Of a stretch of DNA of 64,000 bases, positions 1 through 11,700 are shown piece by piece. The translations under genes and the position numbers were made by a program. The first letter of the stretch is position 1. Every line of letters starts with the position of its first letter. Source of the DNA: Octopus sinensis (taxonomy: Eukaryota); contig NC_043000.1 in NCBI RefSeq assembly GCF_006345805.1, positions 110,298,001 to 110,362,000 on the forward strand, written 5' to 3'. Under the pieces are notes generated by a model. That model was not told the DNA's origin. It made no database searches and was given only the letters and a program-made list of their open reading frames with translations.

Positions 1-80
1 CCCGCGCAGACCTGACGGCTGCCCCTTTCGGTTGCCCCTAGCTTCCGGTCAACGCACCCAGCTGCTGACGTCATCCCACA

Positions 81-255
81 GGTATTTCACCCGTCGCTAT
101 ACGTTCTGGGTTCAAATTCCGCCGAGGTTAACTTTGCCTTTCATACTTTCGGGGTCGATAAATTAAGTTCCAGTTGCGTATTGAGATCGATCAAATCGAC
201 TGCCCCCTCCCCGTCCCCAAGAATTTCAAGCCTTGTGCCCATAGTAGAAAGGATA

Positions 256-300
<45 letters not shown>
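81..300 (+). mobile_element. tRNA-derived SINE family A (Meta/MESC-like central domain), (ATT)n tail
   Basis: B-box GGTTCAAATTCC then GCCTTTCAT.CTTTCGGGGTCGATAAATTAAGT.CCAG; further copies at about 18020, 19190, 39255, 40030, 41810, 55790, 60350. Confidence 0.75.
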
Positions 301-303
<3 letters not shown>

Positions 304-747
304 TAGTTTTATTTTTATAACGTGCTTTCACTTCACTACCGAGCACAACTCTTTGTGCCTTGGGTATGTGCTGTGGTTTGCGGTGATGCTCTTATGGTTA
401 CTGTATTGAAAATGTTCTGCGTAGGATGTGTGCAGTGGTCAATAGTGCAATTTTTCTGTATGTTATATATATTTGTAATTCCTGTGGTTTTTGTTATATA
501 TTTTTTATTATTATTAAGGAGAAAAAAGGGACTCTCTACCCCCCCTTTGTAGGGTTTTTTCCACCAGGAACCTTTCGAAACGTCTCCCCCTTTTGGGAGT
601 TTTTCATTGTTTTATAATTGTTGTTATAAAGTTTTTACTCGATGTTTTTCAAAAACGGACAAAACCCTTTGTAACCTTTCGTCCTGTCTTGTCCCTTCAT
701 GTTTCAAATCATGCGTGTCAGCCCTTATGGCCAATAAAAAAGAATTA

Positions 748-779
<32 letters not shown>

Positions 780-1319
780 CATCATCATCACTATCAAAAA
801 GGCTAAAACTGAACGTGATGATGGTAGAAACTAGCGCGGTAAATTGAAATGAAATATTTGGGGCTTTACTTACTTTTTCGAGCAGGACACGTCGTTCCGT
901 CTCTCAACCAGCACAGAATGGCATTTCTAGCGACAAACTCTTCAATTTATATTCCCACTTCAATGTTGTTGCCTTTGCTGCAACTATTGTTGTGGATGGT
1001 GTCGCTGGTGGTACTGTTACTGCTACTTATCTTGTTGTTGTTATCGTTGTTGCTGACGGTGGTGGTGGTGTCGTTTTTGTTCTCCGTGAAGTCAATGTTT
1101 GCGACGTTCCTTCTCGTTAATTTCCGAAAATGACTAATTAATTCTTTGTCTCGTATAACCATATAAGTTATATAGTTTTTTTTTGTTACACTTTTACCCC
1201 CCTCCAAACAGTGGAACAATTAAAAGGGAAAAAGAAAAACTGGAAAAAAATCTATTTAGTGACACAAAAAAACCCCCCAGTCGTCACAGTTATAATCTAT
1301 TCGTCGCAAAAACCAACGC

Positions 1320-1635
1320 AAACATACACACATACACACGTACAAACACACACACACACACACGGAGACACATACAAACATATATATACGGACACACGTA
1401 CACACACACACACACCCGGACATACGCACACACACGGACATACGCACACGCACACACACGTACACGGACACACACACACACACATACAAACATATGCACA
1501 CGAACACACGCACACACGTACACACGTACACTCGGACATACACACACACACACGGACACAGGCACATGCACCCCCCCCGACACACGCACATGCACTCACA
1601 CACACATTCGCACACACACGGACACACCCGCACGT
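1320..1635. repeat. Degenerate (CA)n microsatellite
   Basis: Direct inspection. Confidence 0.95.
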
Positions 1636-2859
1636 ATGGCAACTGAAGCGGTCAAAAATTCTGGCAACAAGTTTTTACGTAATAAAAGGCAAAACAAACA
1701 CGAGACCGTCGCCCCAAAATGGCCATTCCTTCACATGATGTTTTTTTCCATCTGGTTCCATACTTACTCAAGCTTCCTCCCCCCCTCTACTTGTTATCTG
1801 TTTACAAATGCCTGGACGTGCGTACGTGCGAGTTTATATCTACATAGCTTTCATTTTTGACTTGCTGCAGCCATTAGACTGCGGCCATGCTGGGGCACCA
1901 CCTTGGAGGTATGTTTTTAGTCGAACAAATCGATCTCGGTTTTTATTTTGGTGCTTATTCTATCGGGGTTCTTGTGCCGAACCGCTAAGCTACGGGGACG
2001 TAAACAAACCAACGCTGATTATCAAGTGGCGTTGGGACACACACACACACACACATGCACACACATACACACACACACACACACTCACACTCACACACAC
2101 GTCTGTCAAATCCACTGACAGGGCTTTGCTTGACTCGGGACTATGGTAGAAGATACTTGTCCAAGGTACCAAGAAGTGGGACTGAATCCGGAACCATGTG
2201 GTTACATCAATTATTAAAACACTCAAACACATTGAGAAAAATATTAACAACGAAAGTGAAAAACTTTCTCGTGGGATAAATTCTTAAGATTTCCACTCCT
2301 CAACCGACTCTTTGAACCTACTTCACCGCACGCGCGCATCTTTGTTTATTTCTATGAATTTGCCTCGTTATAATTCTTGACCAAAAGTGAGGATGGCGAT
2401 AAAAAAACCGAAATGGAGATAACGATTTGGGTTTTTCACTGACCTCTCCTTTTCTGAGAATCGGTTGCTGGCCGATGACCGATAGAGTACGATCGCAATT
2501 ACCAGCAGCTGAAGTATGAGCGTAGCCGGGTTCTAAACTTAGAGGAACCGTGGCACACTCCAAACAATTTTTAACTCATTTTTTATACATTTTCTAAAAG
2601 GCACCAATTTTGAAAAATGTTCTCGCATGGGTGGGGGTGGATGGGAGGTCGCTGCTCTTACTCCTCTGTTAGCAATGCCACTGAGGTGAAATAACGTTAT
2701 TCCACAGAGTGCTTAGGTCAAAGGTCAAGCAGTCTCTCCCGGTCGAGTCGCTATTCCGCAGTAATAGAAAATCGCAGTTTCGGCACATTTGATTAGAATG
2801 TCGCAGGAAAGAATAGCAAGACGGATTCTTCAAGCGGAGCCAACCAGTAGAAGACCTAA

Positions 2860-3895
2860 GGGTACATTATTTACATTTGATGGATATTTGTCTTCATCTT
2901 GTTTGTTGTTACCACAACGTTTCGGCTGATTTACTCTCCGGACTTCATCAGGTGTCCTGGTAGAATTTTGAACCCAACCGTGGGTTCTCATTCCTAAGGG
3001 TTTTTTTTTTTTTGCTGATCTAATTATTGTGACTATCATTATTTATTGAATTCGCTCTTAACCACAACATCATACGCCCGTGGGCAATTACAGAGTGAAT
3101 TTTAGGGCTTATAAACCCAACATTTTCCTATCCTTCCTTAATACCGGTTCCCATATGCTACTCATATCTGCACTCGGTCTGCTTAGGTGGTTGTCGTGTC
3201 CTAGCATATGTGCTGCTTCTTTTAGTTTTCGTATTTTCCAGTGGTGTTCTCTGTCTATTATTTTAACTTCATCCCACAGAGGGAGGTGGTCTCCATTTTT
3301 CCATACATGACCAGCTATACCCCATTTTTCAACATCTCCTCGTGTCACAACTTTACGATGTTACTCTACCTTTATTTTGAGGGGACGGCATGTCTCGCCT
3401 TTGTATAACCTACCACAGCTGCATTGGATGATGTACGCGCAGTCTTTGGTCATATTCTCTTCTATTGGTGGTTTTACTCGAAGGAGATATTTGTGAAATG
3501 TTATATTACTCTTGAATACCGTCCTGATGTCATATGGACCGCATATCTTTTGTATCTTTTCCAAGAGGCCTTTCACACATGGTAGACAGACTGCGATCAG
3601 TTTATGGGTTTCATCCTCTCTTCTCTTCCTAATTGGAGTGGATAGTATGTTTTCTGGGGTGGTTGTTACTTAGCTTGATCATTTCTTCGTGATATGTAAC
3701 AGGATCGCTACTTATATACTTTGCTCGATGTTTAGGCACTGAGCTGTCCCTCTCTTTACACCAGGTCTCCTGTTGAAAGCTGGAGTGTAAATCAGCCGAA
3801 TCGATGTGGTAACAATAAACAACAAACAAGAAGACACATATCCGTCCAGTGTAAACAATGTACAGAATTCCTCATCTCAAAAATATAGAACAGTA
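2860..3895 (-). mobile_element. Penelope-like element relic: GIY-YIG endonuclease fragment between inverted, hammerhead-bearing termini
   Basis: Frameshifted ORFs: CAYIIQCSCGRLYKGETCRPLKIKVE and GIAGHVWKNGDHLPLWDEVKIIDREHHWKIRKLKEAAHM. 2860-2960 is repeated in inverted, diverged form at about 3760-3865. Confidence 0.85.
2913..2956 (-). ncRNA. Minimal hammerhead ribozyme motif (Penelope-type), stem II degenerate
   Basis: Minus strand GACAC-CTGATGA-AGTCCG..CAGCC-GAAA-CGTT-GTG. Confidence 0.65.
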
Positions 3896-4429
3896 TGACC
3901 TACGGGTAGACCAAGAATGAGGAGATTGGATAATATCCCTAGTCACAGCTGGTCACGCTTTTGAATCCAACCGGATCGTATGGAGGAGGTGCCTTGAGGA
4001 CTCCACCCGCAAAACCCTTCAGGGAACAGTGGGAAGAGATGCGATGGATAAATGAATAGATAAAGTTACTGAAGGTCATTGACGGTGGTTGTTAGAAAGA
4101 AAACAGGGAATTTGGCATGACTGAGACGGGTGGGTAGGTGTTTGAGAGAGGACAAGGAGTTAGTGAGAGCACGTTAAGGTCTTTGTTCCAGGTTGCGGAT
4201 TAGGGTTTAGCCCCTGAGCTAGTTTTCTTACAAGGACCTGAAACGGAGGTTACACACACACAGGTATGTATATACGTGTTTATGTATGTATGTATGGATG
4301 GATGTCATTATTCAGTTTTATTTCAAGAGAATTCTTCAGTTTTATTTCCTCAACTGTACACAGTTTCTCTTCTCTGTCCCAAATCATTATATTTGGTAGA
4401 TCTATTTTGTTTACATTTTATCAAGGTTT

Positions 4430-4800
4430 TCACTGAGACATTCCACCACACCCCTTTTTATTATAAGTGGCCATGATACGACATTCAAAGGCATTTTGGG
4501 TTGATGTTAAGCATCTGCCGCCTTGTTTTCGTTTATGGTAGAAGCAGTCTACATCATTGTTGATCAGGAAATGATGTGTGCTTTTTAATATCTTTCGGGT
4601 TTTCACATCAATGGCTCGGATCTCATCAAGCAGCCCAAATTTTAGTATGAGTACTGGCACCACAAACACATTGTGGGCCACTGTTTTATTGAGTGCAAAG
4701 AGTTCCGAGGTCCAAATTTCCTTTATTCGGTCGTAATATTCTTTAGTGACACGTGTTTTGTTATAGGTGCCATTCTATGTTTTTATACACTCCTAGACAC
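4430..4800 (-). mobile_element. Degenerate non-LTR RT C-terminal fragment (R4/Dong-like)
   Basis: NKTVAHNVFVVPVL...EIRAIDVKTRKIL...DVDCFYHKRKQGGR resembles the post-RT region of R4-type elements. Confidence 0.55.
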
Positions 4801-6289
4801 CCGTAACATTCCTCATCAAATATAAAGGAAACAATGAAGCCACTGATGGAGATGTTGCTTGTCTGGTTTACACTTTCCCCCCTTTTCACAACGATATAAC
4901 AACATTTCTCCTGACCAAACTCCAACCCTACATCCTTTGAGATGTAACCAGGTCAAAGGTCTTTTGCATCTCGTGCATATTCTTTGCATAAAGTTTCAAG
5001 TCGTCTACAAAGAAATAGTGTGTAATTTTGGTATGCATGTATATCTGTCTGTCTGCCTTCCATTTCACCTTTCAAATAACTAATCCGTCATCACTTTGCA
5101 TCCCTCTTTTACTAGTTTCCTCACAATACAAAAGCATCTCTCTCTCACCCTCCTCTCAATCCATATGTTCTCTGAAAATTTCCCTGTGCTTCCTGAGTCT
5201 TTGCAACTGTATTCATCTCTCGTACTAGGTATCTTCATCATCTGATCGAGCTTGCTTGGACATTTTTAACCCGTACATATCAATCCATCTCAGTCCTGCA
5301 TTGGTTGAAGGGGGTCTTCGGGGGAGGCATCCAGTATCTCTGGGGAGTTGATCTACATGCGTTGTGTTTGGACGACCTGCTTGAGTACGGCCATGCTTTG
5401 GCAGTTGGTCACTTGCCAGCTCTTGTTTAGCTCATCAGCAATGTCCAGCAAAGGGCAAGCGCCTTTCCCTTATAATAGTGGACACATGCAGATCTCCATA
5501 CAACCATTTCTTGGTGGGATGTGTTCTCCAAAACATGTTTAAGACTGCTCTTAACATTCAAGTTTAAGTACTATCTAGCTTGAATTCTAGTTCTTTTGGT
5601 AAGTGTTCAGGTTGTTGCTCCATGTAAAAGAACTGATTCTACAATTGCACAGAAAAAAATCATTTTAAAGTTGTCTGACAGAATTGATTTCTGGACAACA
5701 TCCAGTTTGTTTAGGGCCGTCCATACTTTGGATTTCGAGTTTTTATACCCTTTTCAGTTGACGCTATCGCAAAATTTTCCCCTTGTGGTGGCACTTATTA
5801 ATTCTGAGCACTCACCCTGTCCACTCCTCTTACACTCACCTCCATGTCATTTGAGGGCACGCCCCGACCTATCTCTGTCTTTTCCAACTGGGGTAACCAT
5901 GTATCTTCATGACAGTACAAATATTATTTTCTGTCCGCCTACCATACATTAGCTTCTCATCGCTTGGCACAAGCCATCTCTCTCAATATCATTACACCTT
6001 CAGTTGGGGTGAGGCTCTTGTAGCGTCACAAGTACCACTTAAAAGGCACCTAGTACTCTGTGACGTGCTCAGCGTTAGAAAGGGTATCCAGCCGTAGAAA
6101 CCATATTAAAGCAGACATTGGAGTTTGGTGCAATTCTCTGGTTTGCTAACTTCAGCCAAATCATCCATCCGATGCTAGAATACAAAACGGATGTGAAATG
6201 GTGATTTCTTATGGTGTCTGCTGTTTCAGTGAAGATGAAGTACTTCTTGCCGTAGTAGTTCCTTTGGTGTATAGATAAGACATTTCTAC

Positions 6290-6440
6290 TTTGTTGATAC
6301 TACTGTCTTTTAAATCCCATACATAGCTTGATAATGCTGTGGTGTATCTTTTTTTTTCATATCTAAATGTGAACTGGATTTGTTTTAAGTATTGGCTTTT
6401 GAAACTACTTTCATACATTTTAGCATAAGATTCAGGTGGG
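6290..6440 (-). mobile_element. Degenerate GIY-YIG (Penelope-like) fragment
   Basis: ESSFKSQY...FTFRYEKKRYTTALSSYVWDLKD resembles the PLE endonuclease segment. Confidence 0.55.
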
Positions 6441-7154
6441 ATATCTCTGGGTAATGACATTATCCTTAGTCCGTTCCATGTTGCCCTATACAGTTGATTC
6501 ACACCCACCATGTCTGCATTAGTTTTTATGGGTTTCTTTGGAGAGAAAAGGTTGCCAGATTCTAACAACCTTCCTCTTTAGCAAAGTTTGTGACTAGCTA
6601 GCATTCTCATTTGAATAAAGATAAACAGGTGCTGATTGGCCAGAGAGAGAGAGAGAGAGAGAGAAGAGAGGAAAGGGTGAGGAGGGAGATATCAGAGATT
6701 ATGTACTTGAATGGTACTCTATTTTGTCAACATTGGAAGAATGTGAAGCAAAGGTGATCAGAGTGGGATTTGGACTAAAAACATAAAACTCTTATAATTT
6801 GTAACTCATCATCAATACTTGATGCGATGATGATAGTGTCTTGAGTCCTCCTTACCTGGTTTCCACCCCCACCAAACAGGAAGCCAATCCATTGCACAGT
6901 TATTCATTTAGAGCTGAGTGAAACGAAATGTTTTGCTTAAAAACACAACACTGTGTCAGGCTAAGGAATCGAAACCAGGATCTTGTGATTATGAGTACAG
7001 CAGCCTAACCACTTGAACAGAGGCATGTTGATGTGTGTTGCATTCAAGAGGTAAGTTTCAGCCAGGTTCCTCACTGGCAAGAAACATAGGTATAAAATAT
7101 TCTGGGACAGTAACAGTGATGGGGTATGTTGTGTAGGCATACTTCAAGCAGAGA

Positions 7155-7265
7155 AATGGGTGGATAAGGTGATTGAGGTAGTCAGAGTGTGTGACAGAAT
7201 ACCTACGCTTAGGCTAGTAATTCAGAGGAGTACAGCAACAAATATATCTGCCTCTGCCCCAAAGA
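7155..7265 (+). mobile_element. LINE AP-endonuclease fragment (RTE-type)
   Basis: WVDKVIEVVRVCDRI..LRLVI...TNISASAP resembles the V.RVSDRI...IISAYAPQ segment. Confidence 0.6.
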
Positions 7266-7559
7266 ACAGTTTTTTATTATATTCTTTTGCAGGCTACCTC
7301 AAGGACAAGTTAGCAACTTTAGACTTCAGGCCAGGAGGATTCCAAGAAGTAGACTGGTCTGGAAAAGAAGGATTTGGAAGCAGAAGGGTCCTTTAGATGG
7401 TCAGAGATTTAGGAATGCCTAATTGAGAAATTTAATGAGAAGGAGGAGGAACTACAGACTTGTAACAGAGAGGGCAACTGGGAATTCCTATGGGACAGCT
7501 TACTGGGTGTCACAGACCAAATCTGTGGATGGCAAGTCCCAACTAGACCTAGGGTGAAA

Positions 7560-7779
7560 TGGTGGTTGTTACCAGAACCGCCTGACTGGCCCTTGTGCTG
7601 GTGGCACGTAAAAGCACCCAGTGCACTCTTGGAGTTGCTGGCGTTAGGAAGGGCATCCAGCTGTAGAAACTTTGCCAGATCAGATTGGAGCCTGGTGCAG
7701 CCTTCTGGCTCGCTAGGCCTCAGTCAAACTGTCCAACCCATGCCAACATGGAAAACAGACGTTAAACGATGATGATGAT
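7560..7779 (+). mobile_element. RTE-LINE 3'-end fragment
   Basis: GGCGTTAGGAAGGGCATCCAGCTGTAGAAAC...GACGTTAAACGATGATG, matching the LINE 3' terminus. Confidence 0.85.
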
Positions 7780-7816
7780 GACAATAATATATATATGTAT
7801 ATCTATCTATCTATAT

Positions 7817-7942
7817 ATCATCATCGTTTAACGTCCGCTTTCCATGCTAGCATGTGGGTTGGATGATCTGACTGAGGGCTGGTGAACCAGATGGCTGCAC
7901 CAGGCTTCAATCTTGATCTGGCAGTTTCTACAGCTAGATGCC
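7817..7942 (-). mobile_element. RTE-LINE 3'-end fragment (inverted relative to neighbour)
   Basis: Reverse complement of the LINE terminus, flanked by (TA)n. Confidence 0.85.
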
Positions 7943-8242
7943 CTATATATATATATAATACACACACACACAATAAATAAAGGACAGCCTCATGCAATAC
8001 TTTGAGAAACAATTTTTCTTTATTTCTTTCTTTATTTGTGGTTTATTTTGCAACTGTAAAAACATTTCAAAAACTGAAATGATCCTGATGATAATGAAGT
8101 ACAAGTATGATGGGAGTATATACACAACTGCACACACACACACACACAATCACACATGAATATATATATATATACACACACATAAGCATATGTCTGCATA
8201 TAAATATATATGTATGTATATACAAATACATGTATATCTATG

Positions 8243-8280
<38 letters not shown>

Positions 8281-8603
8281 AACAAAGATAAATATATACA
8301 CTTACTTATGTAGACACACACATATATATTCATACATGCATGCACTTACACATATATACAAACACACATAAATAAAAAATTAAAATATAAAAAAATATGT
8401 GTGTGTGCATGTGTGTGTATTCATCCATATATGTATGTATGTATGAACATATATACATTTGCCCAGCTCAGTGAAGAATTCTGATAGGAACTTCAGGTCA
8501 ATCAATGTTAAATTATTGTTCATTTCACAACATGTATAAAATTTCCTGCTTGGACAAGAGAAACCTCTCGCTTTAACAGTTCTTTTACAAATTGCAATAG
8601 TCA

Positions 8604-8759
8604 TCACCTTAGTACTGCCTCAGTATTTGTAGATTCTACTTTGGGTTCCGGCTGACTTTGATTGCTACTAATTGGTAAATGGAGTTTCTCAAAGAATTCG
8701 GTTCTCTTCGTCAGGTAGTGGCATACCTCGTTAGGGTCATTGAGTACGAATGGTGGCAC
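8604..8759 (-). CDS. TIPRL: TIPRL terminal coding exon
   Basis: CAG acceptor; [29 protein letters not shown]...AVLR then TGA TGA; candidate AATAAA signals on minus at 8031-8036 and 8042-8047. Confidence 0.92.
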   Translation of the reverse strand: MPPFVLNDPNEVCHYLTKRTEFFEKLHLPISSNQSQPEPKVESTNTEAVLR

Positions 8760-11700
8760 CTGAAAATAATAAACACAGCATATAATTCCTCAGTCAGTCG
8801 CCCGTTGACGCTACATCGAAGAGGTCAGGGAACAGAAGAAAGAAGACATGCACCCAACACCAGAGCTGAAGACACCTCCGAAAGGGTGAGCCCCGCTATG
8901 CGTCACGTCAAAACGGTAGAGGAGTAGGGGCCGAAACCGGATGTGGTTCCTCCTGATGATGTCTTGAGCTAACTGGATCCTATAAAGGAGCTGTTGTGGT
9001 AGCAGACCACGAAACACTGTTGTAATTCCTCCTGAATTTCTTTCAGATTCTCAACAAACCGTTTTTGCAATCTTTAAGCTTGCAGCATTTAAAATGGGTG
9101 CATCCAGCCTAGAATTCCACCTGTTTTGTGTTTCTGTGTTCAAACCAGCCAGATCTGGCCTCTCACACCTACCCTGCAATATCATTCTAAAAATAAACAG
9201 TCACATCATTGACATGTCAAAGCTATGAGATAAGCCAAGATTAATTCAAAACAAAGGGAATTAATAAGCATCACATTTGGCAGAATAATCTGATTGCTAA
9301 TTGGTTAATCTTTAATCTGGAGGAAAGACAGGGACTCTGGGAAGGAGACCCATAAACTCTGATAATAGCATCAAGGAGCAAAATAGTAGTGTTAAATTGA
9401 GCAACTGATTAAGTGGTTTGTATCAGGAAGGGCATCCAACTGTAGAACTGTTGCCAAATGAAACTTCTGAATTGGATGCGCTGGTTTTCTGTCTTTTCTA
9501 AGTTGGAAAACAAAATTTTCAATCTGTGCTGGCATGGAAAGCAGACATAAAATAATGATGATGATGATGATATGCAGATGTTGACCCTCAACGACACAGC
9601 TTCTTCACCCTAATCTACCTGAGTATTTTAACCCTTTCACCCAGTGTAAGCTATGGACACATAAGAGGTGCAGCAATGTCAAAGGTAGGCTAACTGGGAA
9701 GATAGTTTTTGTATGTGGCAGATGCTCTGGAGCATTGACCTCCGAAAATCTGCAGAAAACAACTTCCGTCACTTTCCGGGGGAAAAAACTAGAAGTAGTT
9801 GATAGCTTCCGCTATCTAGGTGACCAAGTCAGTAGTGGGGGCGGGTGCGCTGAAAGTGTAACTGCTAGAATAAGAATAGCCTGGGCAAAGTTTAGGGAGC
9901 TCTTACCTCTGCTGGTGACTAAAGGCCTCTCGCTCAGAGTAAAAGGCAGACTGTATGATGCATGTGTACGAACAGCTATGCTACATGGCAGTGAAACATG
10001 GGCCGTGACTGCTGAGGACATGCGTAAGCTTGTGAGGAACGAAGCCAGTATGCTCCGATGGATGTGTAATGTCAGTGTACTTACTCGACAGAGCGTTAGT
10101 ACCTTGAGAGAAATGTTGTACCTAAGAAGCATCAGTTGTTGTGTGCAAGAAAGACGATTGCGCTGGTATGGTCATGTGGCGAGAATGGATGAAGATAGGT
10201 GTGTGAGAAAGTGCCAATCCCTAGCAGTTGAGGGAACCCATGGAAGAGGTAGACCCAGGAAAACCTGGGACGAAGTGGTGAAGCACGACCTTCGGACGTT
10301 AGGTCTCACCATGGAAATGACTAGAGACCGAGACCTATGGAAGTATGCTGTGCGTGAGAAGACCCGGCAAGACTAGTGAAGCCATAATCCATGGCCCCTA
10401 CCTGGGACGTAGTCAGTCCACCTGTGCATACCTTCCTTCTTGTGACACTTGTGAAGACCTGTTGAGGCAAGTGAGAATCGAATCGAATCGAATCAAATCA
10501 AATCAAATCGAACCAAATCAAAATAGATGAACATCAATGGAATTTGTATCCTTGTGTTACCAGTGCCGGTGGCACATAAGAAAACCATCCGAACGTGATC
10601 GTAGCCAGTACCGCAACGACTGGCCTCCGTGCTGAGGGCACGTAACAAACACCATCCGAGCGTGGCCGTCCGCCAGCCCCGTCTGGCACCTGTGTCGGTG
10701 ACACATAAGAAAACACCATCCGAGCGTGGCCGTCAGCCAGCCTCGTCTGGCACCTGTGTCGGTGGCACATAAAAAACACCATCCGAGCGTGGCCGTCTGC
10801 CAGCCTCGTCTGGCACCTGTGTCGGTGGCACATAAAATCACCCACTACACTCTCGGAGTGGTTGGCGTTAGGAAGGGCATCCAGCTGTAGAAACCATGCC
10901 AGATCTGACTGGCCTGGTGCAGCCTTCGGGCTTGCCAGACCCCAGTTGAACCGTCCAACCCATGCTAGCATGGAAAGCGGACGTTAAACGATGATGATGA
11001 TGATGATGATGATTACCAACCTGGCTGAAACCGGCTCTGGCTCTGTAGTATAAATGGTTGGCGTTAGGAAGGGCATCCAGCTGTAGAAACTCTGCCAGAT
11101 CAAGATTGGAGCCCAGTGCAGCCTCCTGGCTTCCCAGACCCTGGTCGAACTGTCCAAGCCATGCCAGCATGGAAAACGGACGTTAAACGATGATGATGAT
11201 GTGTCAATGTAGAGAAAAAAGCCTATGCCCTTTGTAGGAAGACAAAATAACTTCAATGCAGCAAGAAGCAGCAGCTTGACCAACAGTGTATCTCGCTGGC
11301 TGACCTTACTGACCGTGTCAGTCCACTATTTTTTAGTAGTGGACCAGTCCACTTCTCACCAGGGGGAGTCTGCCACAACAGTTTCCAACAGCAATAATAT
11401 TTTCAAGAGGATGATTAATACTAGTCACATTAGAATGACTAATACTATTCATCTTATTCCCTCTTTCCTTCCAACCAGGTTCATCATCCTTTGTATTTAC
11501 TCTGGGTGCAGATATGGCAGTGTAGTAAAGTGGGTCCCCTCCCAACCACATGGTTTTGGGTTCAGCCCCATTGTACAATCCCCTGAGAAAGTGCCTTTTG
11601 CTATAGCCCTAGTCCAACAACTTGTGAAAGGAATTAGTAGATGGAAACTCATTGCGTCTCTCTCTATATATATATATATCTCAAAAAAAAAAAAAAGGAA

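Noticed and set aside
1183-1860. Long His/Thr or Cys/Val-rich ORFs
   Set aside because: Translations of (CA)n microsatellite; the same applies to the YI/CV-rich ORFs at 8.0-8.3, 33.5-33.8, 50.0 and 62.2 kb.
8866-8890. CTGAAGA...GAAA hammerhead-like string
   Set aside because: GAAA is the loop of a simple hairpin; the helix topology does not fit a hammerhead.
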